Source: Eledone cirrhosa (lineage: Eukaryota). From it: a stretch of DNA of 64,000 nucleotides. The notes beneath the pieces are model-generated. The model was not told the origin of the DNA, ran no database searches, and saw only the letters and a list, made by a program, of their open reading frames with translations. The DNA is taken from the NCBI GenBank assembly GCA_964016885.1, contig OZ024742.1:36890001-36954000 (forward strand), read 5' to 3'. Made by a program: the position numbers and the translations under genes. Of this stretch, positions 50,982-63,880 are shown one piece after another; position 1 is the stretch's first letter, and each line of letters opens with the position of its first letter.

Positions 50982-53050
50982 ATAAGCCGTTATATATATA
51001 AGCCGTTAAAAGGCTTGTGGCGGTGTGTATCTAGAAGTGGGTGTGCCTGGGTCCGTGTGGAAGTGAGGGAGAGCGTGTGTGTGTATATATACATATATAT
51101 GTATATGTGTGTGTGGGGGGGCGTGTCTACGCATGTATGCGTACGTGTGTGTATGCACGCATGTGTCTGCCTGTGTGTGTATATGTGTGGGTGCTTGCTC
51201 TGGAATGTGAACAGACGTGTGAAATACTGAACCCAGCATGACTCCATTGAAGTGTGTCGGACGGAAAATGGCTGATGACCCGTGTAGCAGTAAATACTGA
51301 CCAGAACTTAAGATGACATGGAGTAACAACAGCCAATGGCATGACAAGAGTGGAAGAGGTTTTTTCAGGGTGTTTTTTGAGGATAACACCCCAGTGATAA
51401 AATTTGCTCCGAACGAACTACCCGTGTCTGAAGGAACCTGCAACCGTAGACTCAGCCAGATCCATACAGAGACCATGTCTCGAGCTACCTGCCGGCGAAA
51501 CAATTGTAACACGCAATAAATTGAGTCCAGATGCATCACTGATTTTTCGTTTTCTTTATACTATATATATATATGTGTGTGTAGATATAGAAAGGGATGC
51601 ATTTATATTTATATTCTTTCATTCTGAATCTTTTCGTCTGCTCTATAACATTCCTATTGCTATTTTGTTTTTACTTCTCGTTCTTCAGATACACACATAC
51701 ATACATACACACATACATACATACACATATACATACATACACACACACATACATACACACACACATACATACGTTCGCATTAATGCATGCTTACACGAAG
51801 TTGTATGTTTGTCTCTATTTTAATTTTAAGTTTACTTTTGACTGGCCACCTTCCTGGGGATAAGGTTGTAAAGAATAGATTTCCGTCGTCCCGTACGAAA
51901 TCGTTCATTCTTTGAATCTTAATGTTTTACAGATTTTGAAGATTTCAGATATTGTGACCATTTGTAGCTTGTATATTAAAGAGCTGCTGAATCCAATCTC
52001 AGTCTCTCACACACACACACATATATCGCCTAGTGAATAATGAAAGTATTCAAAAAACGGAATAAATTGTTTTTGTTGTTGTTTTTCCTTGTTTACTATC
52101 TCGATTATGTCTCTAATATCATTTCCTACTTACGATTTATGAACCTCATTTGGAGGGGAAAGTGTATTTGCCAGTTGTGCTCCATCATTATACCTCGATA
52201 TTTGTCACATTGGTGACTGAAGTAAAAAAAAAAGGCTGAATGTTTCGCCACTTTGGAAATAGTTTTAGCCAACATGGTCAAAATTTGGCAGAATAAACTT
52301 AATTGTGGACTGAAAAAACTGAGAACACAAAAACGTGGTGTGTAATAAACACAAAAATCTTAAGGAGCACAGTAAACGCAGGCATAAACAATTATAAATA
52401 CTTTAATTGCATGCTTAACCCTTTTGTCACCATATTTCAAATGATTTCGAAAATAGTCGAGAATTTGAAGGGGTTTAGTAATATAACTAACTTTCTCGTT
52501 ATAAAACATAAATTAACAAAGGTTCTTATACAAAATTATAATGAAAGGTTTTTAGATAAATGTAAAAACGCGTACAGTACAATCAGAGGCGGCCTCTTGC
52601 GATTTGGAATCAAAGGCGTTAAAAGATAGGTAGATGGGTGGGTAGATAGGTAAGTATATTGACAGTAGAAAGATAGGTGGGTAATTAGACAGGTAAATAG
52701 ATAGACAGACATAACGATAGATAGATAGACGGAAGAAATTGTGAAAGAAACGAACGTAAGAATCGACAAACAGAATAGGTGATACCGAAGGAACAAACAA
52801 ACACGAACAAGCGAGCAGATCGACAGACATTATGGAATGGATGAGGCAATATTATATATCTACAGAAGCTGCCGACATATCACGTGAGTCTGTAGAACTA
52901 TATTTGTGAGATCGAAGTCATTGTCTGGCTTATCAAACACTCAACCACTTTCTTCATTACTTAACGTGTTTGATGGTGTGTATGCGATATTACATGTATG
53001 TGCGTATGTATATATATACATATAAACGTATGTGTGTATGTACATATAAA

Positions 53051-53083
<33 letters not shown>

Positions 53084-53345
53084 TCGATTTTGAAAGAGCT
53101 GTAAACAGAAAGCATAGAAAATATGGTAACGTTCGGGCAGAAAATACCCATAGTTGAAAATGAAGGTTTTTACACACTGACTGAATATGAGTGTAATGTA
53201 TGTGTGTAAGTAAATATATATATGCTACTATGTGCTTACATATAAATGTGTAGGAGAGTGGATAATGTAAGCATTAATTTAAATATATTATATTTAATAT
53301 ATAAACAGATGATAAAATTGATAAAACGAATTAACAAGTAGACTA

Positions 53346-53597
53346 CTGGGGCGGTGGAACTGTGGGGGTGAGGACATCCCCCCCCCCCCCTCCAGTTATA
53401 TTTTTCTCCCGAAACTACCAAAACACACATCTATTTCTATATGCGCTACAATTTATGTACGTTATCTTTATTGCATATCGAATTTTTTTTTATTATATAT
53501 CTTGGTTGATATTTGATAACTGCTAAACTAATCACTACAACTAAATTGCCCAAATTCCCCCCCCCCCCTCAACTCAGAAATGCTACCACTGCCCCTG
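53346..53597. mobile_element. MITE with (C)AGGGGCGGTGG-type TIRs and a 5-bp TSD
   Basis: ctggggcggtgg / ccactgcccctg, with GACTA at 53341-53345 and 53598-53602. Confidence 0.6.
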
Positions 53598-54198
53598 GAC
53601 TAAGACAACAACAGACACACATACCCACATGAAGTGAAGAGGCGTTTGATATAGTGTCAGATTGTAGGCTGATATACATAATATATAATTTATGTTAGAG
53701 TATATCAGTTAATGTTGTGTGTATAAAGAGAAAGGGAGGGTGTTAAGTTAACCGTAACGTCAGAATCAGCCCACTGAAACCGATATGCGTCTCTGAGTCT
53801 GCAGTCACTATTGTGTATGTACATGTTTGTGTCTTAAATAAAAATACAGACTATCCAACGGGTAGATCCCAGTTAATTTATTGAGATATAAAGTATATTG
53901 CAAATGTTACATATATATTGTAATACTTCACTATAATCATCATCATACTTTTCCTTGCTTGTGTATAGAAATAAATATGTGTGGTAGCTTCAACGTAATA
54001 CACTATAAGGGATTTACTGCTGACGAATACAGTTCATATTCACTATAAAGGAAAGGAGTCAATCGTCAGATGAGACCTAAGGAAGCAATATTTCTACTGG
54101 TCTCTTCTTTGCAACTCCAGGAAAAAGTAAGGAATCAATTGTAAGATCAGATTAAGGAAATAATGTTTCCACTGGTCTTTTCATTGCTGATACTATCT

Positions 54199-54375
54199 CA
54201 GACCTGTCAACTCTCCCCATCCGACGAGGAGATCTCCCACCCACTTTGGAATAGGTGAGAGATGTCTTCTCTTGTGAAAATGGCTATAGATCCCATTTTA
54301 CCTCATTTCTCCCCGCTTTGGGGCACTTTTTTTTCATGGTACTCCCTGTTTGGGTTTTTATAGGTTGGCAGGTCG
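54199..54375. mobile_element. MITE (hAT-like TIRs) inserted in a minus-strand copy of the 95-bp repeat
   Basis: cagacctgtcaac / gttggcaggtc. Host sequence gatactatct|gccag is interrupted. Confidence 0.6.
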
Positions 54376-55722
54376 ATATCTGCCAGATGCAACTCTGGGC
54401 AGAAAAAAGGAGCTGATTGACAGATCAAACCAAAGACAATGTTTCCGTTGCTGACACTATCTGCCTATTGCATCTTCTCTCAGAAAAAGGCTGAATTTGA
54501 ACTCAGAATGCATATCACTGGCAGAGATGCCATAAAGTATCTCATCTGACTCTTTAACAATTCTGCCAGTCTTGGGATTGATACTTTATTTTATTGACAA
54601 TGAAAGGCAGAGTTGACCTCAGTCAGATTTGAACTCCTTATGCAAAGACCCTGAATAAATATCACATGGTATCTTGTCTACCACTCTAATAATTCCACTA
54701 ATCCTGGACTGGTACTTTATTTATCCACCCCAGAAAGGATGAAAAGAAAAGTTGACTTCAGCAAGATTTGAACTCAGAGTGCAAGACATTTAATATAACA
54801 CCTTAACAACTCTGCTAATTCACCATGGATCCAGACAGCATACTACACATCATATAGACACATATTGGGGATAAAGATACCTTGTAGTATTTGTTCATGC
54901 CCCTTTACTCTTTGTACTCTTAATTCAAATCCTTCCAAAATCAATTTTGCTTTTTACCCTTTCAAAGTCCAGAATGACGGATTAGTGGAATTATTGTATT
55001 TGTTCTGGCTTTCTGTGTTCTAAGTTCAAATGTTGCCCAAATCAATTTTACCTCCCATCAATTTAGGTTTAAATACAAAGGTGGTAGATTGATGGAATTG
55101 TTGCAGTGTTGGATGGAATGCCTTGTGATGTTTGTAATGGCTTTATTGTTTTGTGTTCAAATCCTGATATAGCCTAAATGGATGATAGAGTTAATCCATC
55201 ATCCAGTTTATCATCACTTGGCCCTTGGTGACCTGAACCCTTCCATTATTATAGGGACTTATAGATCCCAAAATATTGTTTGCATCCTACTGAATTCTCT
55301 TTCCAATATTTATCATAATTTAGCAATAATTATTTTTATTATTTTTATTGCTAATTATTTTGAACAATGTGGATACTGCTGAGATAAAGTTGCCCCAATA
55401 TATAACATTGTTGGGACAAAAGAGTCCCATGTACATAGTTGTTTTGTAAAATACACATAAAAATTAGTCATTTTCAATTAAAAACAAACCATTATTTTTT
55501 TTTTAATCAGTATTAAAAGGGTTAATCAGAATTTAATCTGTTGCAAGCATTCAGACTAAGTATCTGTTTTAAAGAAAACTCTTTCCCTCAGTGGAGAGCT
55601 GAAACATTCTCAGCTTAACCCATCTCTCAAAACTTTTCAGCACTCCTTCGTATATACATATTACAGTTTTGTGTTGTTTCTCTGTCTATTGTAGATCCAG
55701 ATCTTCTGTCAGAAGGAGATAA

Positions 55723-55985
55723 ATGGTTTGTTCCAGTGTCACAATGATGGCAGCAATGAGTGAAGACAATGCTGTGTTATCGAGGCGTAACCTCATCATT
55801 GATGAGAGTAGTTTTGAGGAGAACTTCCTGCGGTGCATGATTTGTCGAGAGAAATTCAGTAAACAGGAACACCTACCAAAGTTTCTACAGTGCAACCATA
55901 CTTTCTGCTTGCCATGTTTGAAGAACATTCTAAAACATTCCAATACCAACAGCCAAACATTGAGAGCTGACAAAAATGTTCTCAG
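55723..55985 (+). CDS. First coding exon of a RING-HC (C3HC4) E3 ligase, TRIM-like; the gene probably continues beyond the window
   Basis: FEENFLRCMICREKF...PKFLQCNHTFCLPCL supplies the first six RING ligands. Acceptors at 55694/55700, donor AG|gtaagt at 55986. Confidence 0.85.
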
Positions 55986-56552
55986 GTAAGTCCAATATGT
56001 CCTCAATAATTTTGAAAGGTTCCTCTTTGAAATACAGGCCCATACAAGGTATTTTTTATGTGGAAGACTAGCAATTGCTCATGCAGGCAAGACATCTCTT
56101 TTCATGTCACTTATGTTGTTCAAAAGCAAGATCAAAACTGATTTAGCTTGATAGCAGTGATGTCACACACTTAAAAAGCAATCGGTTGTAACCAAAGGCA
56201 ACCTTGCATTGGGCCTTTGGCTAAAAATTTCACCAGGACCATTGCATGTTTCTGGTAGCCAAAAAAATTAATTTGGGGCTTTTTAAATATTGTGGGGCCC
56301 CTAGCTACATCCCAGTCAACCCCCCTCCTCCTCTACCAAATCTGTCACTATTCATTACAGATACCACAAGGAATCATGTTCAACACTAACAATGTTGCCA
56401 ATCCACTACCCTAAAAAATGAAAGGCAAAGTTGACATTGGCAGGATTTGAACCCGGAGCACAGAGAGTCACAACATATACCATAAGGCATTTAATCTGAG
56501 GCTCTAACGATAATTTGCTGTCTGTAAATTCATCTAGCTAAATCATCATTAA

Positions 56553-56760
56553 CCCTTTAGCATTTAAACCTGCTGTATCCGGACAGAATTCTATCACCTC
56601 TTTCTGTTCAAACCAGCTGTAACCCGCCACTCATACTGATTTTAAGGTATTGTTCTCAAAATAAATATTATCAAAATCTCATAGATTCAATATTATGTGA
56701 GATAAAGCCTTTACCGTGAAAATACAATAGTAAATATAGAATTAAATACATGCTAAAGGG
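56553..56760. mobile_element. piggyBac-type MITE
   Basis: TTAA|CCCTTTAGCAT...ATGCTAAAGGG|TTAA. Confidence 0.88.
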
Positions 56761-57074
56761 TTAACTAGTTAAATGTATGTCTGTTCTTAATAAAAGGACA
56801 TGATATGGCTCTGTAGTTTGATGCAGTGGCATTACTAGTATTGGTATCATCCAGTGCAATAACTAATGGTGTTACCACCATCAGTATCCTCCCATAACAG
56901 ACTACAAAATCTTTAGAAATATTTTGTCACTCAATGCAGTTTGCACCCCACACCCCATTGTGATGCCACTGGCTTGATGCTGCACTCTTACAATTAGCTA
57001 GCCATTATTTATTCATTGTAGAGAATGAACTTCAAGTGTAAATCATAAGAGATCAATATCTAGTGTCAATCTCT

Positions 57075-57378
57075 AGGCTTCATGACTATACAACAGAATT
57101 GTTTTAATGTCTGTTATTGTCCACACCACGCAACTATACAACACAATTATTTCAATGTCTGCTATTGTCCAGACTTCACTGCTATACAACAGAACTGTTT
57201 TAATGTCTGTTAATGTCCAGACTTCACTGCTATACAACAGAACTGTTTTAATGTCTGTTAATGTCCAGACTTCACTGCTATACAACAGAACTGTTTTAAT
57301 GTCTGTTAATGTCCAGGCTTCACTGATATATAACAGAACTGTTTTAATGTCTATTATTGTCCAAACTGTTTTAATATC
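57075..57378. repeat. 48-bp minisatellite, about 6 units
   Basis: gctatacaacagaactgttttaatgtctgttaatgtccagacttcact repeated (57181, 57229, 57277). Confidence 0.92.
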
Positions 57379-57903
57379 TCTCACAAGCCATTCTTCTACA
57401 CCTAATTTCTTTAAGGACTACCAGATAATAGATCAAAGTACTCTTTTAACCCTTTAGTATTCACATTACTCTATATATACTATTATATTTTCATGGTAAA
57501 GGCTTTACTTCGCATGATTACCTCACATAATATCGAATCTATGAGATTTTGAAAGTATTTATTTTGAGAACAATACCTTAACATAAGTTTGAGCGACCAG
57601 TTACAGCCAGTTTCAACAGAAAGAGGTAGAGAATTCTGGCCGGTTTGAACACGAAAGGGTTAGGCCGGTTTGAACACAAAAGGGTTAAAGGCCTTTTCTG
57701 GATCAACAAAAGCTAAATATAGTGGCTTATTCTTGGCTAGGAACTTTTCTTGTAGTTGCCTCACTAAAAAGAGGGAATCTGCAGTACTTTTCCCAGGCAT
57801 GAAACCAAACTGCATATCATCTAATTTGACTCTTTCCATCACTTTCATAACTTGGTCCATTACTTTTATTCCTCTATAGTTGCTCCATTCTAGAGCATCA
57901 CCT
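57375..57903 (-). mobile_element. RTE RT fragment interrupted by a piggyBac-type MITE (57450-57684)
   Basis: QFGFMPGKSTADSLFLVRQLQEKFLAKNKPLYLAFVDPEKAF. The insert is flanked by TTAA and has a duplicated ~24-bp end. Confidence 0.85.
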
Positions 57904-58074
57904 ATACATATATATATTTAATAATCATCATCATTATTTGTTGTGAGACAAGTCAGATCAGATGACCATGTCTTGCTCATACAGAATTGTTTCTGACTTG
58001 GTTTCTAGAGCTGGATGCCCTTCCTAACACCAACTACATTTCCAGTGTGGATTGAGCACTTTTTGTCATAGTAC

Positions 58075-60134
58075 TATAGCGGAGAACTCGTGTGTATGAA
58101 TGTAACAAGGAGACATCGTTTGTGTGTATAATATTTAATCAACAATTTAACAGTATAGTTGACATGTCAATGAATAAACGAAAGAATGAAGCAAAGTTAG
58201 TAGTTACCGTTTTGATTGCCAGGCAAACGCGGCTGGCAGAAGACGCCTGGCGAAGGCCAGGCGCCGGTAGGGCAAATAAGAGAGTGAGAACTTAAAGTTG
58301 TTAGTTTTATAGGGTTCTGACCGGAAGTTACAGAAAGGGTTCTACTTCCTGTCTAGATGGTGTTGTGAGTGTCCCAACAAGGGAGGCAACTGCTACATAA
58401 CCTCCCGCCAGAATTTTAGAATATAAAAATCGAATGAAATATGTAGCAAGTTGGCGAGAATGTTGTAACAGGCATGAAAATTACGACAAAAGAATGTTTG
58501 CAAAAATCAATGATAGATATCAAGGTAGCCAACCGCTCTTGGCCAGAGAACGACTGGACATCTATCTATCCATCACCCAAAGATACAATAAAGTAAGAGA
58601 AGAGCTCAAAGTTCAAATGTACAAAATATAGTTCACAGGTGTGCAATCACATGACAGCAGGAAAGAAAGTGTGTTCCAGAGAATGAATGCAGGTGGTTTC
58701 TGTTCTGTGGTATATCGTGAAATTTCCAACCTCCGAATGGATTTTCTCACAGGAAGAGTGCTGCAAAAATAAATTCTCTGGCTTGTTCTGCTGGTTTTGG
58801 TTGTTGATGAAGCTGTGTTGCTGTTGATGTTGTTGTCTCGCGGAGTGAGCGTATTCGGTGTTTAAATTCACAGTAAAAAAATTTTTTTCGGAAAAAATGA
58901 GTTGCGCAAAGTGTTAGAAATAACAGCCGAAGTTGATGGTCGATGTTGAGAATGCGTTGACCTGGAAGGGTCAAGAGGCCAGCGACCAAAGAAATAAGCA
59001 TTCTGAATAAATGCGCAGTTTTCAACGGCAAATTTACGTGGTAAATTTTTAAACCGGCAAATAGGAGAATATAGCTTAAGGCTGAAGAATCCTTGGCGAG
59101 AAACGTTATCTCTGGCGTGCGGCTATCTCTGTGAGTCGAGATATCTCCGTGAGTTGAGAATTTGTGCTGCCTACACGTGCCAATACAAGGTTAAGTTAGG
59201 TTGAAAAAATAATATTTCTAACGCACGAGAAAATGATAGTGCAAGTGTGAAAGTGACAATGATGAAAAAGAAAGGCTTCACTCAGCATAATTATTGGTGT
59301 GAACTTTGAAAAAAAACTTGAACGATGAAGAAAACGATGAAAAAAAAAAAAGGCAATGGTTCATCGAAAATAAATGTTCCTGTTGAAATGTTTTTTAAAA
59401 AAAAATATCAATTTTTTTTTTTTTGTTTTGAAAGTGTTTGTTGTAGGAAACGAGAAACATATATATATCGTGAAATGCGACAGTTAGTTGATGCGTGAGA
59501 GAAAAAGTCTGTCTGAACGCGAATTTCACATGTGCGTGGTGTGTTCGTTTCTTGGAGAAACATATATATATATATACAGCAAACTGCGACAGTTACTGGA
59601 TGCGTGAGGGAAAAAGAGTGTCTGCACGAAAGTTTCACATGTGCGTGTGTGCGTTTCTTTGACTGAGTATTTTCAAAGTTTGTCAATAAATTTGCTGTGT
59701 ATTCGTAATGTTACTCACACAACACCAGACTCTGCTATTTTTTTCTTTTTTTGGGGTGACCACTTATAACAATAAACGGCTGCGTGTTCGTATCACGTCA
59801 GGGTTACCAATATAGCAGGATACTGGGTTGTATGATTTGTAACAAGGAGACATCGTTTGTGTGTATAATATTTAATCAACAATTTAACAGTATAGTTGAC
59901 ATGTCAATGAATAAACGAAAGAATGAAGCAAAGTTAGTAGTTACCGTTTTGATTGCCAGGCAAACGCGGCTGGCAGAAGACGCCTGGCGAAGGCCAGGCG
60001 CCGGTAGGGCAAATGAGAGAGTGAGAACTTAAAGTTGTTAGTTTTATAGGGTTCTGACCGGAAGTTACAGAAAGGGTTCTACTTCCTGTCTAGATGGTGT
60101 TGTGAGTGTCCCAACAAGGGAGGCAACTGCTACA
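58075..60134 (-). mobile_element. Non-autonomous LTR retrotransposon (Gypsy-like) with LTRs 58075-58397 and 59811-60134
   Basis: Two ~324-bp direct repeats, 4-bp TSD GTAC (58071-58074 and 60135-60138), PBS at 59786-59809 matching the tRNA-Trp 3' end, purine-rich tract on the - strand at 58398-58410, no recognisable gag/pol. Confidence 0.9.
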
Positions 60135-60339
60135 GTACCAAAACAACCACTTTACAGTGTGGACTGGGGTCTGGTGGTTGGGGAGATGATGTGTTTAGGG
60201 TGGGGATTGGAGAGGTAGGTCTTGGGTAGGGCATTTAGCTGGTGAAGGGTGGAGTGTTAGGACATGGAAGAAGTATGGAAGAGGGAGGAGAAGAGCTGGT
60301 GCATACTAGGGACCACTAGATGTTGCTTTATCCCTTGCA

Positions 60340-60995
60340 CATTGGAAGACAGATCTTCTGCAGAACCCCAGAGATCACGATCCTGTGTCATCACCTGTGA
60401 GAGGTGCAATTGTGTGAAGTCAGTTTTTATCACGTCATCCCAAGCTTTCCTAGGCCTTCCTCTTCCATAGTTTCCATCAACTTTGAGCACACTGCATTTT
60501 CTACTCTCACTTTACTGACAGCACCTCTGTACATGGCTTGTACTGTCATCCTTCATATGCATTACATGTCCATCCCACTACAATCTCCTCTCCTGCACCC
60601 TGCATCTGATCTCTCTTATGCCTAGTTTTTCTCTGTTCATTTATGCTTTGCCATTCACATATATTACTATTACACATCCATCGGAGCATGCAAGCTTCAT
60701 AGGTCCTCTGCTCACAGTGCCCAGGTCTCATTACTATGCAACATTGCTATTCATATAGACGCATAATACAATCTGCCCTTCATTTTGAGGGAAAAGCTTT
60801 TTGTAGCTAGCAGCAGTAGTGCTCCCTGAACTGTTTCCATCCTGTTCTCACTCTGGCTACTCTGCTTTCAGAACACCCACCTCCACCGCTAATTTGGTCA
60901 CCTACATAGCAGAAGCTGTATACTGGTTCCACAGAACCTTCCAAGAATTTGATAGTGCTTATTTCCTATGGCCGTTTGCTGCTTACTGCTCCTGT
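60340..60995 (-). mobile_element. RTE LINE 3' part; its 3'UTR is split by the LTR element
   Basis: EACMLRWMCNSNICE...GRGRPRKAWDDVIKTD. The UTR continues across the GTAC TSD to about 57930. Confidence 0.85.
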
Positions 60996-61505
60996 TAGTT
61001 ATCTATCCACTTTGTGGTCAACGGTCAATTTATTATCCCACCATAAAGAAGTGGTAGTAGGTGGAGGTGATACATACACTTCACCACAGGATTCTGGTTT
61101 ATTGGTGCTGGCGTCAAAATATATAGGCTAAATTGACTGTGACATCTCACTAGCTGTGGCGTGGTATGTGAGATAGGTTTATCTATGCTGGCATAGAACT
61201 GGGTGGTAGTCGGATGGTCAGCCAGTCCTGCTGCGCCTGTGTAAAGCTGTGGAGGTGAAATAAAGTTCACAAGGGAGTGGACATCAGCTATGAAAACATG
61301 ATTTTTGTACATTTCCTTGTTTTTCATCTTTAATTTGGATTACCTCAGAAACATAACCTTATTACATAAAGATGCTGCCTGATGACATCGCATGACTGGT
61401 TACATGATTGAACAATTACATAGCCGTGATTGTCATTGAAATATGTAGCACAGCTTTGTTAATAAAGGACTCTTTAACATCTACACCAAACTTCACATTT
61501 TCCTT

Positions 61506-61540
<35 letters not shown>

Positions 61541-61572
61541 TCATCATTTTACGTCCACTTTTCCCTGCTTGG

Positions 61573-61641
<69 letters not shown>

Positions 61642-61690
61642 GTATATATATATATGTATATATATATATGTATATATATGTATATATATG

Positions 61691-61722
<32 letters not shown>

Positions 61723-61734
61723 GCTTCCATATAT

Positions 61735-62362
61735 TTAGCTTCCATATTTTTCTCCTGAGGATAGTCCTCTTCTGTTGTCTAGTACGTCTTGTCCTGACTA
61801 TGAGGTCGCTAACTATGTGGCTATGTTGGGAGGTGCATTCTTCATGGGGGAGGGATTTAGTGTTTACAACAGACACTCTGTCACGTCTTCTGGTAAGGAT
61901 ATAATCTACCTGGCTGGTATGTTCCCCCGATCTGTAGGTGATCAAGTGATTATCTCGTTTTTTGAAGTTAGTGTTACAGATAGTTAGGTTATTTGCATCA
62001 CAGAATTCCAGGATTCTGGAGCCTTCCTCATTTCTAGTGCCAAACCCATAGCCTCCGTGGATTCCGTCATAGCCGTCACAATGTTGACCAACGTGGCCAT
62101 TTGGGGAGCCAGCAATAATTATATAGTCACTGTCGGTTATTTGGGAGGTAGTGAGCATCAGTGTCTCATAGAATTTGTCTTTTATAGCGCCAGGCAGTCC
62201 GGATTGGGGTGCGTATGCCGATATTACTGTCACAGTAGTTCTATTTAGAACAAGTCTTATTTTAATTATTCTGTCATTTACTCTATTTACATCTATTATC
62301 TTATCCACCCATTTTTCTGCTAACATGATTCCTACCCCACCTATCCCATTGTCATTACCCAC
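61735..62362 (-). mobile_element. RTE LINE AP-endonuclease domain (inverted 5' segment)
   Basis: GGVGIML...[10 protein letters not shown]...[22 protein letters not shown]...VDYIL...SQH. Confidence 0.92.
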
Positions 62363-63880
62363 CCGAAGGACTGGCGTAGCAGCATCATCATTAACTGTTA
62401 CAAGGGTAAAGGAGATGCCCTAGATAGGAGTAACTATAGAGGCATTAAATTAATCAACCAGGTCATGAAGGTCACGAAAAAAGTTATAGCGCAACTAATC
62501 AGAGAGAGAATTGATCTAGATGAAATGCAGTTCGGTTTTGTGTCAGGAAAAAGTACCACAGACGCTCTTTTCATTGTACGACAACTACAGGAGAAGTACC
62601 TAGCTAAAAGTAAACCCCTATACTTAGCTTTTGTTGACTTGGAGAAAGCCTTCGATAGAGTCCCCCGTTCCATTATCTGGTGGGCTCTTAGAAAACTAGG
62701 TGTTGACGAATGGCTTGTGAGAGCTATACAAGCCATGTATAAAGAAACAGTCAGCAAGGTTAGAATTAACAACGAATATAGTGAAGAGTTTAGTGTAAAA
62801 GTTGGTGTTCATCAGGGCTCTGTTCTTAGCCCCCTACTATTTATTATTGCCCTTCAGGCTATAACAGTGGAGTTCAAGACTGGCTGCCCATGGGAACTCC
62901 TATACGCTCATAGCTGAATCAATGGCCGAGCTAGAGAAGAAATTCCAAACATGGAAGCACGGCCTAGAATCAAAAGGCCTTAAAATTGACCTGGCTAAGA
63001 CTAAAGTTCTAGTTTGTAGGAAAGAAAATAAGGCGACGGTCCCTTCCGGGAAATGGCCATGCTCAGTGTGTAGGAAAGGCGTAGGTAGAAACTCCATTTT
63101 ATGTCCCAAATGCAAAGTATGGGTGCATAAAAGATGTAGTGGGATCACAGGTAAGCTAACTAAGAACATAGATTTTACATGTGGTCGGTGCTCTGGTGCA
63201 ATAAGTAGCAGCAAGTGCCCACAAAAATACTAGCTCTTTCAATTGCGCAGAGGGTTCTATAGAAATAGTGGACAGCTTCCGTTACCTGGGTGACAAAATA
63301 AAGCAGTGTGGGAGGGTGCTCTGAAAGTACAGTAGCTAGAGTCAGAACTGGATGGAAAAAGTTCAGAGAGCTTATACCACTATTAGCCACTAAAGGGTTC
63401 TCCCTAAAAATGAAAGACAGGTTGTATGATGCCTGCATACGAACAGCAATGTTGCATGGCAGTGAGACCTGGGCATTGTGTGCAGAGGATATACGCAGAC
63501 TAGAGAGGAACGAAGCTTGCATGCTCCGCTGGATGTGTAATAGTAACATACGTGAACGGCAAAGCATAAGCGAACTAAGGAAAAAATTAGAAATAAGAGG
63601 GATCAGATGTTGTTTACTCGAGAGAAGGCTACGTTGGTATGGTCACGTGATGCGCATGAAAGACGACAGCTGTATAACAAAGTGCAGGGCAATAAAGATA
63701 GACGGTAGCTACGGAGTAGGCAGACCCAGAAAAACGTGGGACGAGCTGATAAATTCCGACCTCACACACTTACACCTCTCCAAGACAATGTCACTGGACC
63801 GAGACCTTTGGCGGTAGTCAGTAATAGAGTAGACCCGCCTTACCTAAATACAAAGTAAAACCTACTACAGTCAGTAGGCA
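62363..63880 (+). mobile_element. RTE LINE RT domain and C-terminus (frameshifted)
   Basis: [49 protein letters not shown], Cys-rich insert, MLHGSETW, GRPRKTW. Confidence 0.95.

Noticed and set aside
58092-58295. Duplicated ORF (also 59784-60032)
   Set aside because: Lies inside the two LTRs, antisense to the element, with no recognisable domain.
59786-59809. tRNA-Trp-like sequence ending in CCA
   Set aside because: Only the 3' ~24 nt are present, adjacent to an LTR, so it is a primer-binding site rather than a tRNA gene.
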